A DNA stretch of 56,979 bases, from the NCBI GenBank assembly GCA_036846305.1, contig DAIUCF010000004.1, positions 1-56,979 on the forward strand. The letters run 5' to 3'. Shown here piece by piece: positions 8,771-17,948 of this stretch. The notes beneath the pieces were generated by a model, which was given only the letters and a program-made list of their open reading frames with translations, made no database searches and had not been told where the DNA came from. Numbering within the stretch: the stretch's first letter is position 1; every line of letters begins with the position of its first letter. The position numbers and the translations under genes were made by a program. This DNA comes from Candidatus Poseidoniaceae archaeon. GTDB taxonomy: Archaea; Thermoplasmatota; Poseidoniia; Poseidoniales; Poseidoniaceae.

Positions 8771-9270
8771 TGAACCACCTGTTCTATCATCGCATCTATT
8801 GCGCTTTGGTTGAAAAGTTTTGTTTTGTTGATAATGATTGAACGCCCCAAAACATTGGAGCCGAGATAGGAGAATTGCATTCGCATACCCAGAATGGCTT
8901 GCTGCCCACCACCGCCACTCACTGTAGCAAGACCAACGGTCTTTCTGTTGAACAACAATCGGAAATCTTCTGTTTGAACCGACAACCAGTTGACTAAATT
9001 AATCAATGAAGCCGGTATAAGGCCGTTATATTCCGGTGCACAAACAATCAGGGCATCCGAACCAAGTATTTCGTTCATGGCTTTCACCACAGCAGGAATT
9101 TTCCCAAGTGTTTTTTCTTTTTCAGGGGTGTAAAGAGGAATTTCTAAAGAACAGATATCAAGAACAATGCCTTGGTGGCCAAGCGCCTCTAAAGATGAAT
9201 GGAAGGTTTGTGCTAACTCGAGATTCTTACCCGTTGAAGCAGCCAGGATTGTGACCTTAGACATGGCCAT
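8767..9270 (-). CDS. NAD(P)H-dependent FMN reductase-like flavoprotein
   Basis: Flavodoxin-like fold: KVTILAASTGKNLELA...DALIVCAPEYNGLIPASLINLVNWLS... Has a 4-nt overlap with the pirin gene. Confidence 0.7.
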   Translation of the reverse strand: MAMSKVTILAASTGKNLELAQTFHSSLEALGHQGIVLDICSLEIPLYTPEKEKTLGKIPAVVKAMNEILGSDALIVCAPEYNGLIPASLINLVNWLSVQTEDFRLLFNRKTVGLATVSGGGGQQAILGMRMQFSYLGSNVLGRSIIINKTKLFNQSAIDAMIEQVVQ

Positions 9271-9315
9271 TCCAATATGTCATTACCTTTCAACTTGTGA
9301 GTATCGCCATGGAGA

Positions 9316-12300
9316 TTACCATTTCATGCGATATGCAAGGATAAGTACACCAATCACTGTAGGGATGATGGCAAGCGCAAGAATAGTCATCAACAACTGG
9401 CGAACTTGAGTTTCAGATTGCTCATCTGATGTCGAAATTGAGTCTTCGCCTTCATCCTCTTCACATATTTCCAAGAACGGATTACAAGTAGGGTCGATAG
9501 CGTTATCCTCACTTTCTTCAGGGACATAGGGTTCGTATTCGGCGTCTTCAATTTGGTCATGACATCCGTCAGCATCAGTGTCGAGTAGAGGAACTGAAAT
9601 CCAATCTTTCTTTCCTGAAGGACACGAATCAAACTCATCTTTGATAGAGTCTCCATCATCATCATCATCTTCAGTGGCATCTTGGCAACCATCCTGGTCG
9701 TAATCATTGACAGAATCTGAAATCCATGAAAGAATGCCACGTGAACAATCATCCATTGCATCTTCAACGCCGTCATTGTCATCATCGTTATCTTCAATTG
9801 AAGCGTCTCTGCATCCATCGCCTTCATAATCGGTTGCAGGTGTCGAAACCCAGTTCACATCGCCCAACTTACACAAATCGGTGGTGTCCAGAACGCCATC
9901 GTTATCGTCGTCTTCATCTTCTGTAAAGTCTGCACAACCATCAGAATCATAGTCAGTATCGCTAGAACTTACCCAGAAGGTTTCCCCAGTAGCACACTTA
10001 TCTGAACTGTCAAGAATGTAGTCATTATCATCGTCTTGGTCTTCACCACTGTCTTGACATCCATCATTATCATGGTCGGTTGAGGCTGAAGAAGTCCATT
10101 TCAAATCTCCTTTTGGACAGGAGTCAAATACATCCTCAAGCCCATCTCCGTCTGAATCCAAATCCTCTTTGTTATCGTGGCAACCATCAGCATCATGATC
10201 TTGGCCTGAAGAAAGAGAATCCCAATCGGTTTCGCCAAGTGGGCATTCGTCTTCGGTATCTTCGCGCTTGTCATTGTCATCATCAAGGTCTTCGGTCGAA
10301 TCACGGCATCCGTCGCCATCATGGTCTGTGCCAGGAGAGGAAATCCAACTTAGCTCTCCTTTTGGACAAATATCTTTCCAATCGTCTGCACCATCATTGT
10401 CATCATCCGAATCTTCGGTTGCGTCTTGGCATCCATCGGAATCGTAATCGTTTTCTTCAGTAGAGTTCCAATCGAGATTACCTCTCACGCAGACGTCATC
10501 AATATCAAGAACGCCATCATTGTCATCGTCTGGGTCTTCAACATCTGGGTCATAACAACCATCGTTATCATAATCTACATTCGGGGAAGGACCTGACCAA
10601 CCCATAGCACCTTTGGAACAATTATCGACGAGGTCTGCTACGTTGTCATTATCGTCGTCAGTATCCTCTGTCGAATCACGACATCCATCTGAATCATAAT
10701 CTTCTGAACCTGTTGAAGTCCAATCAAGCTCACCCAAAGGACACTGGTCATTAGTGTCGGAAATTCCATCGTTGTCATCATCATCGTCCTCAATAGCATC
10801 GAGGCAACCATCGCTGTCATAATCTGTCAGATTGGATTGGTCCCAGCCGGTCTCACCACTCGGGCATCCATCATCGATGTCGATGATGTTGTCGTTATCA
10901 TCATCATCATCTTCAATCGAGTCCTTGCAGCCATCTCCATCGTTATCATTAGTCTTATCAGAAATCCAACCCAACTCTCCCATAGGACAGGAGTCATCAA
11001 GGTCCAGAACTTCGTCGTTATCGTCATCCAAGTCCTCTTCTAAACCTTCATATATTTGGTCTAGACATCCATCAGAGTCATAATCGGTAAATGGTGCTGG
11101 GAGAATTGGGGGCCAGCTCCAATGTCCTCTGGGACAAAGGTCCACATCGTCAGGTACCCAATCGTTGTCATCATCGATATCTTCGTTTGCATCGCGGCAA
11201 CCGTCTAAGTCGTAGTCGTCAGGACGGGCCCCCGCATTCCAGCCTATTTCACCGCGAGGGCAACTGTCCTCGTTGTCGGACACTCCATCGTTATCATCAT
11301 CGTTGTCTTCAGTGAGGTCGTTACAACCATCGGAATCCCAATCATTTGTTGTATTGGAGACCCAGTCAAGGTCTGCCGGCCAGCAACTGTCAAAATCATC
11401 GAGGATTGAGTCATTATCATCATCGACGTCTTCAGTTGCGTCTCTACAGCCGTCGTCATCGTAATCTGTCGTTGCGTTCGAAATCCAACCAAGTTCGCCA
11501 AGTCTACAGAGATCGCCGGAATCAGCCTTGGTATCGTTATCATCGTCCAGGTCTTCACCAGCATCGCGGCAACCATCAGAATCGTGGTCCGTCGTTGCAC
11601 TTGAAACCCAGCCCAAGTCTCCTTTCTGACACACAACGTCAATCGTATCGATAATACCATCATTATCATCGTCAGGATCTTCGGTCAGGTCTCTGCAACC
11701 GTCGTTGTCGTAATCTGTTCCAACAGTTGGAGTCCAACCCATTTCGCCTTTAGAACACAAATCGATGACATCTGGAACTCCATCATTATCATCGTCAAGG
11801 TCTTCAACTGCATCTTCACATCCGTCTGAATCATAATCGGTTAGGCCATCGGAAATCCACCCAACAGTGCCGCGTTGGCAGTCGTCGTCCAAATCGGGTA
11901 CAGAGTCATTATCGTCATCTAAATCTTCAGATGTCGCATCGATACATCCGTCACCGTCGTGATCGGTAAATGTCGTTGAAGTCCAACCCATCGTACCCTG
12001 AGGGCAAGTATCATTCAGGTCAATCACACCATCATTGTCATCGTCATCGTCACACGCATCGCCCTCTAAGTCTCCATCATAGTTCTCTTGACCGGGGTTA
12101 GGAACGAATTGGCAATTGTCAGGAGCATTGTCGGGGATTCCATCGTTGTCATCGTCTGGATCATTCAATCCGTCTTCACACCCGTCTCCGTCATTATCTG
12201 TAGTGGAGTTCGAAATCCACCCTACTGTGCTTGTAAGGCAACTGTCTGAATGATCGGGTACAGTATCACCGTCATCATCACCATCTTCACCCCCGTCTCG

Positions 12301-15300
12301 ACAACCGTCACCATCATAGTCTGTAGCCGGAGATGAAGTCCATCCTAAATCGCCTCGTTCACATTGATCTTGTGCGTCGATTTTTCCATCGTTATCGTCA
12401 TCAGTATCTTCCTCAGACAAACCGCCTGTTGCTGAATCAAGACATCCGTCAGAGTCCCAGTCGGTAGCTGGAGATGAATCCCAGCCAGTTTGTCCGGGAG
12501 TACAATCGTCTGATGTGTCTGAAATTCCATCTCCATCGTCATCGAGGTCTTCATCCGAATCACGACAACCATCGCCGTCATGGTCATTCAGCAGGGTAGA
12601 CGTCCATCCTAAAGCACCAAGTTGGCAGTTATCGGGAACATCATCATTCACACCATCGTTATCGTCATCATCGTCACAGACATCTCCTTCGGAGTCAAAA
12701 TCATGGTTTTCTTGGCCCGGATTTGGAGTTAAAGGACAATTATCACTCGCATCGGTATCTCCGTCATTGTCATCATCGATGTCTTCGGTAGAATCACGGC
12801 ATCCATCGCCATCAAAATCACTACTACTGTTAGAAATCCAGCCGAGGTCACCCCTATCGCAAAGGTCGGATAAATCTACAACACCATCGTTATCGTCATC
12901 AAGATCTTCATCAGCATCTCGACAACCATCTGAGTCATAATCATTGATTGATGTTGGAGTCCAGCCTATGACTCCAGTATCACACTCGTCGTCAACGTCA
13001 GGAATTGTATCATTGTCATCATCGAGGTCCTCGGCTGAATCGTCTTTACAGCCATCCGAATCATGGTCTGTTGCCGGTGAGGAAATCCATCCAAGTTCAT
13101 TGAAATTGCAATCGTCTGCAACATCATTAATTCCGTCGTTATCTGTGTCAGAATCTTCATCTGAATCTCGGCAGCCATCACCATCAAAATCATTGGCAGG
13201 CGTCGAAGTCCATCCAAGTGAACCGGTTTGGCATACGTCTGGATGAAGGTCAAGAACGCCGTCATTATCATCATCGACATCTTCTGTTGCATCCTTACAA
13301 CCGTCGGAGTCATAATCAGTTAGAGCAGATGGAGTCCAACCAACATCACCATCACTACAATCGTCCAGCGCATCTGAAATTCCATCGTTATCATCATCAT
13401 CATCTTCGATACTGTTGTCTTGACAGCCATCACCGTCATTATCAGTCGTTGAGCTAGATATCCAGCCTAGATCTCCAGTCTGACACTGATCTGGATGGAG
13501 GTCGAGAACGCCGTCATTATCATCATCTAGGTCTTCAGTATCATCTCGACAACCGTCAGAATCATAATCTGTTGAAGGTGATGGATTCCAGCCACCTTCA
13601 CCGAGACACTGGTCAAGATTGTCTGCAATGCCATCATTGTCATCATCGGTATCTTCTAGAGAATCTTGGCAACCATCACCATCATGGTCTGTTGCCGGTG
13701 AGGAAATCCAACCGAGATCACCCTTGGCACATGCATCTGGATTTAAATCGTCAACACCATCGTTGTCATCATCTAAGTCCTCGAGTGAATCTTGACATCC
13801 ATCTGAATCGTAATCCGTTGACGAACTGGAGATCCATCCCAAGTTTCCTTTATCGCAGTCGTCAAAAATGTCAACGCGCAAGTCGTTATCATCGTCGAGA
13901 TCCTCGCCTGAGTCTTGACACCCGTCAGAATCATAGTCGGTTAACGGGGTAGGACTCCAACCGATGGTACCGGTTGCACAGTCGTCGTTTAGATCGGTAA
14001 TGCCATCGTTATCATCATCCAAGTCTTCGCCAGAGGTATCTTTGCAACCATCCCCATCGTAGTCAGTTGACGACGAGGAAATCCATCCAGTAAGACCGGT
14101 TGCGCATGAGTCATGCGCGTCAAGAACTCCGTCGTTATCAGAATCAAAGTCTTCAGTTGCGTCTCTGCATCCGTCTTGATCGTTGTCGTTAACGACTGTT
14201 GAGGTCCAACCTGTATCCCCTCTTTTGCATGCATCAGTCGTGTCACTGATTCCATCGTTATCATCATCGGTGTCCTCAATGTCGTTGTGACAACCATCAG
14301 AATCATGGTCAGTAAGAGAAGTTGAGGTCCAGCCAACATGCCCAAGATTGCAGACATCCACACCGTCAAGTATTCCGTCATTATCATCGTCACCATCTTC
14401 CGTCGAGGCATCTCGACAGCCATCGGAATCATGGTCTGTAGTCGAAGAAGAAATCCATCCCATGTCACCTTGGTCGCAATCATCAACACCGTCTTGTACG
14501 CCATCGTTATCGTCGTCAGTATCCTCATCAGAATCCCTGCAACCATCAGAATCTCGATCATTGGCAGAAGAGGATGTCCAGCCTAATACGCCTGTATCAC
14601 AGGTATCTGAGACATCAGAAACACCGTCATTATCGTCATCTGTATCTTCTACAGAGTCCTGGCATCCATCGGTGTCATGGTCGGTCATTGGATTCGAGTT
14701 CCAACCCAAATCGCCTTGAAGACAAACATCACTTGTATCAAGAACACCGTCGTTGTCATCATCATTATCTTCTGATGAATCGCGACAACCGTCAGAATCG
14801 TAATCGTTTGAAGCAGAGGAAATCCATCCAAGTTCACCCTTCTCGCAATTTTCTGAACTATCAAGAACACCGTCATTATCATCATCAAGGTCTTCATCAG
14901 AATCTCTGCAGCCATCAGAATCATAATCGTTCAGTGCGGATGGAGTCCATCCAACAACACCAAACTGGCAAGTATCTGAAGAATCGGCAACTCCATCGTT
15001 ATCATCATCTAAATCTTCGGTTGAAGAATCTTGACAACCGTCAGAATCGTGGTCTGTGGTTGCATCGGAAAGCCAACCCATGTCGCCGGTTGGACAATCA
15101 TCATCAACATCATCAATGCCATCATTATCTTTGTCAACATCCTCGGTAGAGTCGCGACATCCGTCGCCGTCAGAATCAGTTAGTGAGGTGGAAGTCCAAC
15201 CCATGTCGCCCTTCGGGCAGAGGTCGGGTGTAGAATCTGCGACACCGTCATTATCATCATCGGTGTCTTCGTTCGAATCTTGACAACCATCGGAATCGTA

Positions 15301-16470
15301 ATCTGTTGCTGGGGTCGAAGAAACCCAACCAAGATCGCCAATTGGACAATCATCATCCACATCCTCAACGTCATCATTGTCGTCATCATCATCTTCGGCA
15401 CTCGAGTCTTGGCAACCATCGCCGTCGTGGTCAGTAGTTGAAGACGAGGTCCAACCAAGGTCACCGGTCAAACAAGCATCTGGGGCTAGGTCAAGAACTC
15501 CGTCATTGTCATCATCAAGGTCTTCATCAGAATCTCTGCAGCCATCAGAATCATAATCGTTCAGTGCGGATGGAGTCCATCCAACAACACCAATCAGGCA
15601 AGTATCTGAAGTATCGGCAACTCCATCGTTATCATCATCTAAATCTTCAGTTGAAGAATCTTGACAACCATCAGAATCATGATCCGTAGCAGGGGATGAA
15701 ACCCACCCAAGGTCACCGGTCAAACAGGCATCTGGGGCCAGGTCAAGGACTCCGTCATCGTCATCATCTAAATCCTCACTTGAATCTTGGCAACCATCTG
15801 AATCGTGATCAGTGGATAGAGTAGAGGTCCATCCAAGTTCACCAAATTTGCATGTATCAGACGCGTCAGTAACAGAATCATTGTCGTCATCAGTGTCTTC
15901 GGAAATATCTTGGCATCCATCAGAATCATGGTCTGACAAAGCGGTTGAAGTCCATCCTCTATCGCCAATAGCACAACCATCCGATGTGTCAACAACACCG
16001 TCGTTGTCATCATCAGTATCCTCAAGGGTATCGTGACATCCATCACCATCGTAATCCGTAGTCGGCGAAGGTGTCCATCCAATACTGCCGTTACTACAAT
16101 CATCAAAATTGTCGGTCACTGAATCATTGTCATCGTCTGAATCTTCGGATGAATCTTTACAACCGTCTGAGTCGTGGTCGGTAGTTGAATTCGATGTCCA
16201 ACCAGTGTCACCTGTCGGACAACCATCGTCAACATCCAGAATTCCATCGGAATCTGAATCAGTGGTACGGGAAGAGCCGTACATCGAGGTATACTCTAGA
16301 GAGTTTTCTAAGTCCAAAAACATCAATTGAGATGTAGAAACTGATGCAAAGAAGAACATCGCTAGCGCCGCAAACGAGCCAAGTCTGCTCATACGCTCCG
16401 CTAGCATGGATTTAGGTACTCGCCCAGCCTTTTTATCCTTCCGTTGGATTAAAAGGGCATTACCTTTCAT
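9316..16470 (-). CDS. Giant acidic Ca-binding surface protein: about 50 thrombospondin-type-3-like repeats, N-terminal signal/anchor, C-terminal TM anchor
   Basis: One uninterrupted ORF (track 9316..16512, TTG start; first ATG at 16470; later Met codons give a more typical signal peptide MSRLGSFAALAMFFFASVSTS). About 42-aa units G(D/E)LGW(T/I)SSxxTD(H/Y)DSDGC(Q/R)DSxED(L/T)DDDNDGVxDxxDxC. Two canonical TSP3 stretches (DNCPLTPNPGQENHDFDSEGDVCDDDDDNDGV and DNCQFVPNPGQENYDGDLEGDACDDDDDNDGV). C-terminus ...LLMTILALAIIPTVIGVLILAYRMKW*. Confidence 0.85.
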   Translation of the reverse strand: MKGNALLIQRKDKKAGRVPKSMLAERMSRLGSFAALAMFFFASVSTSQLMFLDLENSLEYTSMYGSSRTTDSDSDGILDVDDGCPTGDTGWTSNSTTDHDSDGCKDSSEDSDDDNDSVTDNFDDCSNGSIGWTPSPTTDYDGDGCHDTLEDTDDDNDGVVDTSDGCAIGDRGWTSTALSDHDSDGCQDISEDTDDDNDSVTDASDTCKFGELGWTSTLSTDHDSDGCQDSSEDLDDDDDGVLDLAPDACLTGDLGWVSSPATDHDSDGCQDSSTEDLDDDNDGVADTSDTCLIGVVGWTPSALNDYDSDGCRDSDEDLDDDNDGVLDLAPDACLTGDLGWTSSSTTDHDGDGCQDSSAEDDDDDNDDVEDVDDDCPIGDLGWVSSTPATDYDSDGCQDSNEDTDDDNDGVADSTPDLCPKGDMGWTSTSLTDSDGDGCRDSTEDVDKDNDGIDDVDDDCPTGDMGWLSDATTDHDSDGCQDSSTEDLDDDNDGVADSSDTCQFGVVGWTPSALNDYDSDGCRDSDEDLDDDNDGVLDSSENCEKGELGWISSASNDYDSDGCRDSSEDNDDDNDGVLDTSDVCLQGDLGWNSNPMTDHDTDGCQDSVEDTDDDNDGVSDVSDTCDTGVLGWTSSSANDRDSDGCRDSDEDTDDDNDGVQDGVDDCDQGDMGWISSSTTDHDSDGCRDASTEDGDDDNDGILDGVDVCNLGHVGWTSTSLTDHDSDGCHNDIEDTDDDNDGISDTTDACKRGDTGWTSTVVNDNDQDGCRDATEDFDSDNDGVLDAHDSCATGLTGWISSSSTDYDGDGCKDTSGEDLDDDNDGITDLNDDCATGTIGWSPTPLTDYDSDGCQDSGEDLDDDNDLRVDIFDDCDKGNLGWISSSSTDYDSDGCQDSLEDLDDDNDGVDDLNPDACAKGDLGWISSPATDHDGDGCQDSLEDTDDDNDGIADNLDQCLGEGGWNPSPSTDYDSDGCRDDTEDLDDDNDGVLDLHPDQCQTGDLGWISSSTTDNDGDGCQDNSIEDDDDDNDGISDALDDCSDGDVGWTPSALTDYDSDGCKDATEDVDDDNDGVLDLHPDVCQTGSLGWTSTPANDFDGDGCRDSDEDSDTDNDGINDVADDCNFNELGWISSPATDHDSDGCKDDSAEDLDDDNDTIPDVDDECDTGVIGWTPTSINDYDSDGCRDADEDLDDDNDGVVDLSDLCDRGDLGWISNSSSDFDGDGCRDSTEDIDDDNDGDTDASDNCPLTPNPGQENHDFDSEGDVCDDDDDNDGVNDDVPDNCQLGALGWTSTLLNDHDGDGCRDSDEDLDDDGDGISDTSDDCTPGQTGWDSSPATDWDSDGCLDSATGGLSEEDTDDDNDGKIDAQDQCERGDLGWTSSPATDYDGDGCRDGGEDGDDDGDTVPDHSDSCLTSTVGWISNSTTDNDGDGCEDGLNDPDDDNDGIPDNAPDNCQFVPNPGQENYDGDLEGDACDDDDDNDGVIDLNDTCPQGTMGWTSTTFTDHDGDGCIDATSEDLDDDNDSVPDLDDDCQRGTVGWISDGLTDYDSDGCEDAVEDLDDDNDGVPDVIDLCSKGEMGWTPTVGTDYDNDGCRDLTEDPDDDNDGIIDTIDVVCQKGDLGWVSSATTDHDSDGCRDAGEDLDDDNDTKADSGDLCRLGELGWISNATTDYDDDGCRDATEDVDDDNDSILDDFDSCWPADLDWVSNTTNDWDSDGCNDLTEDNDDDNDGVSDNEDSCPRGEIGWNAGARPDDYDLDGCRDANEDIDDDNDWVPDDVDLCPRGHWSWPPILPAPFTDYDSDGCLDQIYEGLEEDLDDDNDEVLDLDDSCPMGELGWISDKTNDNDGDGCKDSIEDDDDDNDNIIDIDDGCPSGETGWDQSNLTDYDSDGCLDAIEDDDDDNDGISDTNDQCPLGELDWTSTGSEDYDSDGCRDSTEDTDDDNDNVADLVDNCSKGAMGWSGPSPNVDYDNDGCYDPDVEDPDDDNDGVLDIDDVCVRGNLDWNSTEENDYDSDGCQDATEDSDDDNDGADDWKDICPKGELSWISSPGTDHDGDGCRDSTEDLDDDNDKREDTEDECPLGETDWDSLSSGQDHDADGCHDNKEDLDSDGDGLEDVFDSCPKGDLKWTSSASTDHDNDGCQDSGEDQDDDNDYILDSSDKCATGETFWVSSSDTDYDSDGCADFTEDEDDDNDGVLDTTDLCKLGDVNWVSTPATDYEGDGCRDASIEDNDDDNDGVEDAMDDCSRGILSWISDSVNDYDQDGCQDATEDDDDDGDSIKDEFDSCPSGKKDWISVPLLDTDADGCHDQIEDAEYEPYVPEESEDNAIDPTCNPFLEICEEDEGEDSISTSDEQSETQVRQLLMTILALAIIPTVIGVLILAYRMKW
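14861..15050 (-). repeat. Near-identical internal duplication, copy A (inside the TSP3 giant gene)
   Basis: About 190 nt matches 15491-15680 with roughly 8 mismatches by eye, including a perfect run of about 85 nt (14879-14963 = 15509-15593). The offset is exactly 630 nt, which is 5 repeat units of 126 nt. Confidence 0.85.
15491..15680 (-). repeat. Near-identical internal duplication, copy B (inside the TSP3 giant gene)
   Basis: See copy A. The encoded peptides are ...DLDDDNDGVAD(T/S)SDTC(LI/QF)GVVGWTPSALNDYDSDGCRDSDEDLDDDNDGVLD... Confidence 0.85.
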
Positions 16471-16566
16471 GAACTGTTCTTTGTATCTGCTCTCAGATAA
16501 GAGTATTGACAATGAGTCAACGGTTGGAAGCGGAAAGAAGATGATTCACTTCTGCCTGGGCTGGCT

Positions 16567-17049
16567 ATGCCCAAACTACGCTACTTCGGACCTGGGGGCC
16601 TAGTTTTGGAGCATTTTACAAACCGTGGATGGGATGTAGTCGGTGGAAACCAAACTGCAGAAATGATGATTGTTGAAACATACGAGAACAACAAAGACGG
16701 ATTTCTTGAACGATTAGAGAGCACCATCCAAATCGTCAAAGACGCCTTAGATGAAATCGAGCATCATCAACTGAAGTTATTCCTCGTCATTACCGACCAA
16801 TCCTCGGTTCGTGGCACTCCTAGGCGTGGGATGGAATCACATGATGGTGCGTGTCTAGACGGAATTCATGGCTTTGGGTCACTTACTGCAGAGACACTAG
16901 CTAGAAAAGCGGCACAACTTGGAGTATCCACTCGAGTCCTACGCACAGGAAATCAACATGAGAAAATTGTCAACCTGGAAGAAATACTCGAATCTCTCGA
17001 CCCAACGGTCAACTACCGATTGATTTCACGCCAGTATAGTTTCAAGTAG
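16567..17049 (+). CDS. Hypothetical protein (160 aa, soluble)
   Basis: Clean ORF in a gene-sized gap, divergent from the giant gene. I recognise no motif. Confidence 0.4.
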   Translation: MPKLRYFGPGGLVLEHFTNRGWDVVGGNQTAEMMIVETYENNKDGFLERLESTIQIVKDALDEIEHHQLKLFLVITDQSSVRGTPRRGMESHDGACLDGIHGFGSLTAETLARKAAQLGVSTRVLRTGNQHEKIVNLEEILESLDPTVNYRLISRQYSFK

Positions 17050-17069
17050 GGCAGCAGAGTAAGAGTATT

Positions 17070-17354
17070 GTGTCCGGAGAAACCGTCTTACAACACGCCC
17101 GTGAAAGCAAAACTGAATTCCTCATATATACCGGTGATTTTTGCGGTTACTGCACTGCAGCAAAGCGTTTGCTTGATAGTTCCAGTCTCACATACACTGA
17201 GTATAACTTCGATGAACATTCAGGCCTTCGGAAATCTGTGGTCGATGAAACTGGGCACAGAACTGTCCCAGTGATTCTCGACATTAGTAACGAACAACCG
17301 ATTTTTATTGGTGGATTCGATCAGTTACAACCCTATCTTCGAAAGCGCAGTTAA
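17070..17354 (+). CDS. Glutaredoxin
   Basis: ...FLIYTGDFCGYCTAAKRLLD...GHRTVPVILD...IFIGGFDQLQ: a CxxC active site plus the TVP and GG(F/C)D motifs of the glutaredoxin fold. Confidence 0.8.
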   Translation: MSGETVLQHARESKTEFLIYTGDFCGYCTAAKRLLDSSSLTYTEYNFDEHSGLRKSVVDETGHRTVPVILDISNEQPIFIGGFDQLQPYLRKRS

Positions 17355-17924
17355 CCATTCTTTCAGAGAATCATGGTGCTCCATCGGAATCATATGCCCT
17401 TTAGGATGCTCGATTAATTCCAACGCCCAGCCTGCAGACTCAAACACATGTGCCACAGCCCATCCGTCTTGAATTGATACACGTAGGTCTTTCTCACCGT
17501 GCATCCAAAACAAATGCTTAGGCTCTAACTCTGCTAGTCGTATTCTCAACTCCATCTCACGCACAAGGCGTGTCCCCATGGCCACAACCCCAACGATCCT
17601 ATCGGCTAGAGGGAGTTGCAGCATTTCCTGAGCCATGGCACCACCTTGAGAGAAACCTCCAACCACTAATGGGCCCATAGGAGCTTGTTCAGCGATAAGT
17701 TGTTCCAACTGAGAAAGCGAAGAATCAACATCAATCAGTTCTCTTCGAGAAAGTGTCATGCGGCGTGTTGCATCTGCATTTTCATCTTCATATCGCCACC
17801 ACGTTTTCCCACGGCGGGGATGGACATAACGTGCTTCAGGGACGATTAGGGTCCACCCCTCTGGAAGTATTTTTTCAGCGAATGGGCGCATCATACTGGC
17901 ATCACCAGTCATTCCATGCATCAT
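17325..17924 (-). CDS. Alpha/beta hydrolase, phospholipase/carboxylesterase family (apparently N-terminally truncated as annotated)
   Basis: HG oxyanion motif at the very N-terminus (MMHGMTGD), nucleophile elbow GFSQGGAMA, later ...WMHGEKDLRV... and ...KGHMIP. It is in the same frame as the upstream lipoprotein ORF and separated from it by a single TGA (see findings). Confidence 0.65.
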   Translation of the reverse strand: MMHGMTGDASMMRPFAEKILPEGWTLIVPEARYVHPRRGKTWWRYEDENADATRRMTLSRRELIDVDSSLSQLEQLIAEQAPMGPLVVGGFSQGGAMAQEMLQLPLADRIVGVVAMGTRLVREMELRIRLAELEPKHLFWMHGEKDLRVSIQDGWAVAHVFESAGWALELIEHPKGHMIPMEHHDSLKEWLTALSKIGL

Positions 17925-17948
17925 GATAAGCGTGGGCAGAAGAACACC

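Noticed and set aside
9390-16330. Dozens of 60-190-aa track ORFs inside the TSP3 gene on both strands (for example 9390..9827, 12515..12940, 13989..14561, 14574..15149, 15768..16106)
   Set aside because: They are alternative-frame or antisense readings of GAY/GAT-rich repeat DNA. They give His/Arg/Leu-rich, Ser-rich or Met/Thr-rich low-complexity peptides and are all nested in the long ORF.
9316-16512. Highly periodic repeats of about 126 nt that could be mistaken for a CRISPR array or satellite DNA
   Set aside because: All units are in frame within one uninterrupted 7.2-kb ORF and encode a coherent Asp/Cys-rich protein repeat. There are no unique spacers and no leader. This is a coding tandem repeat.
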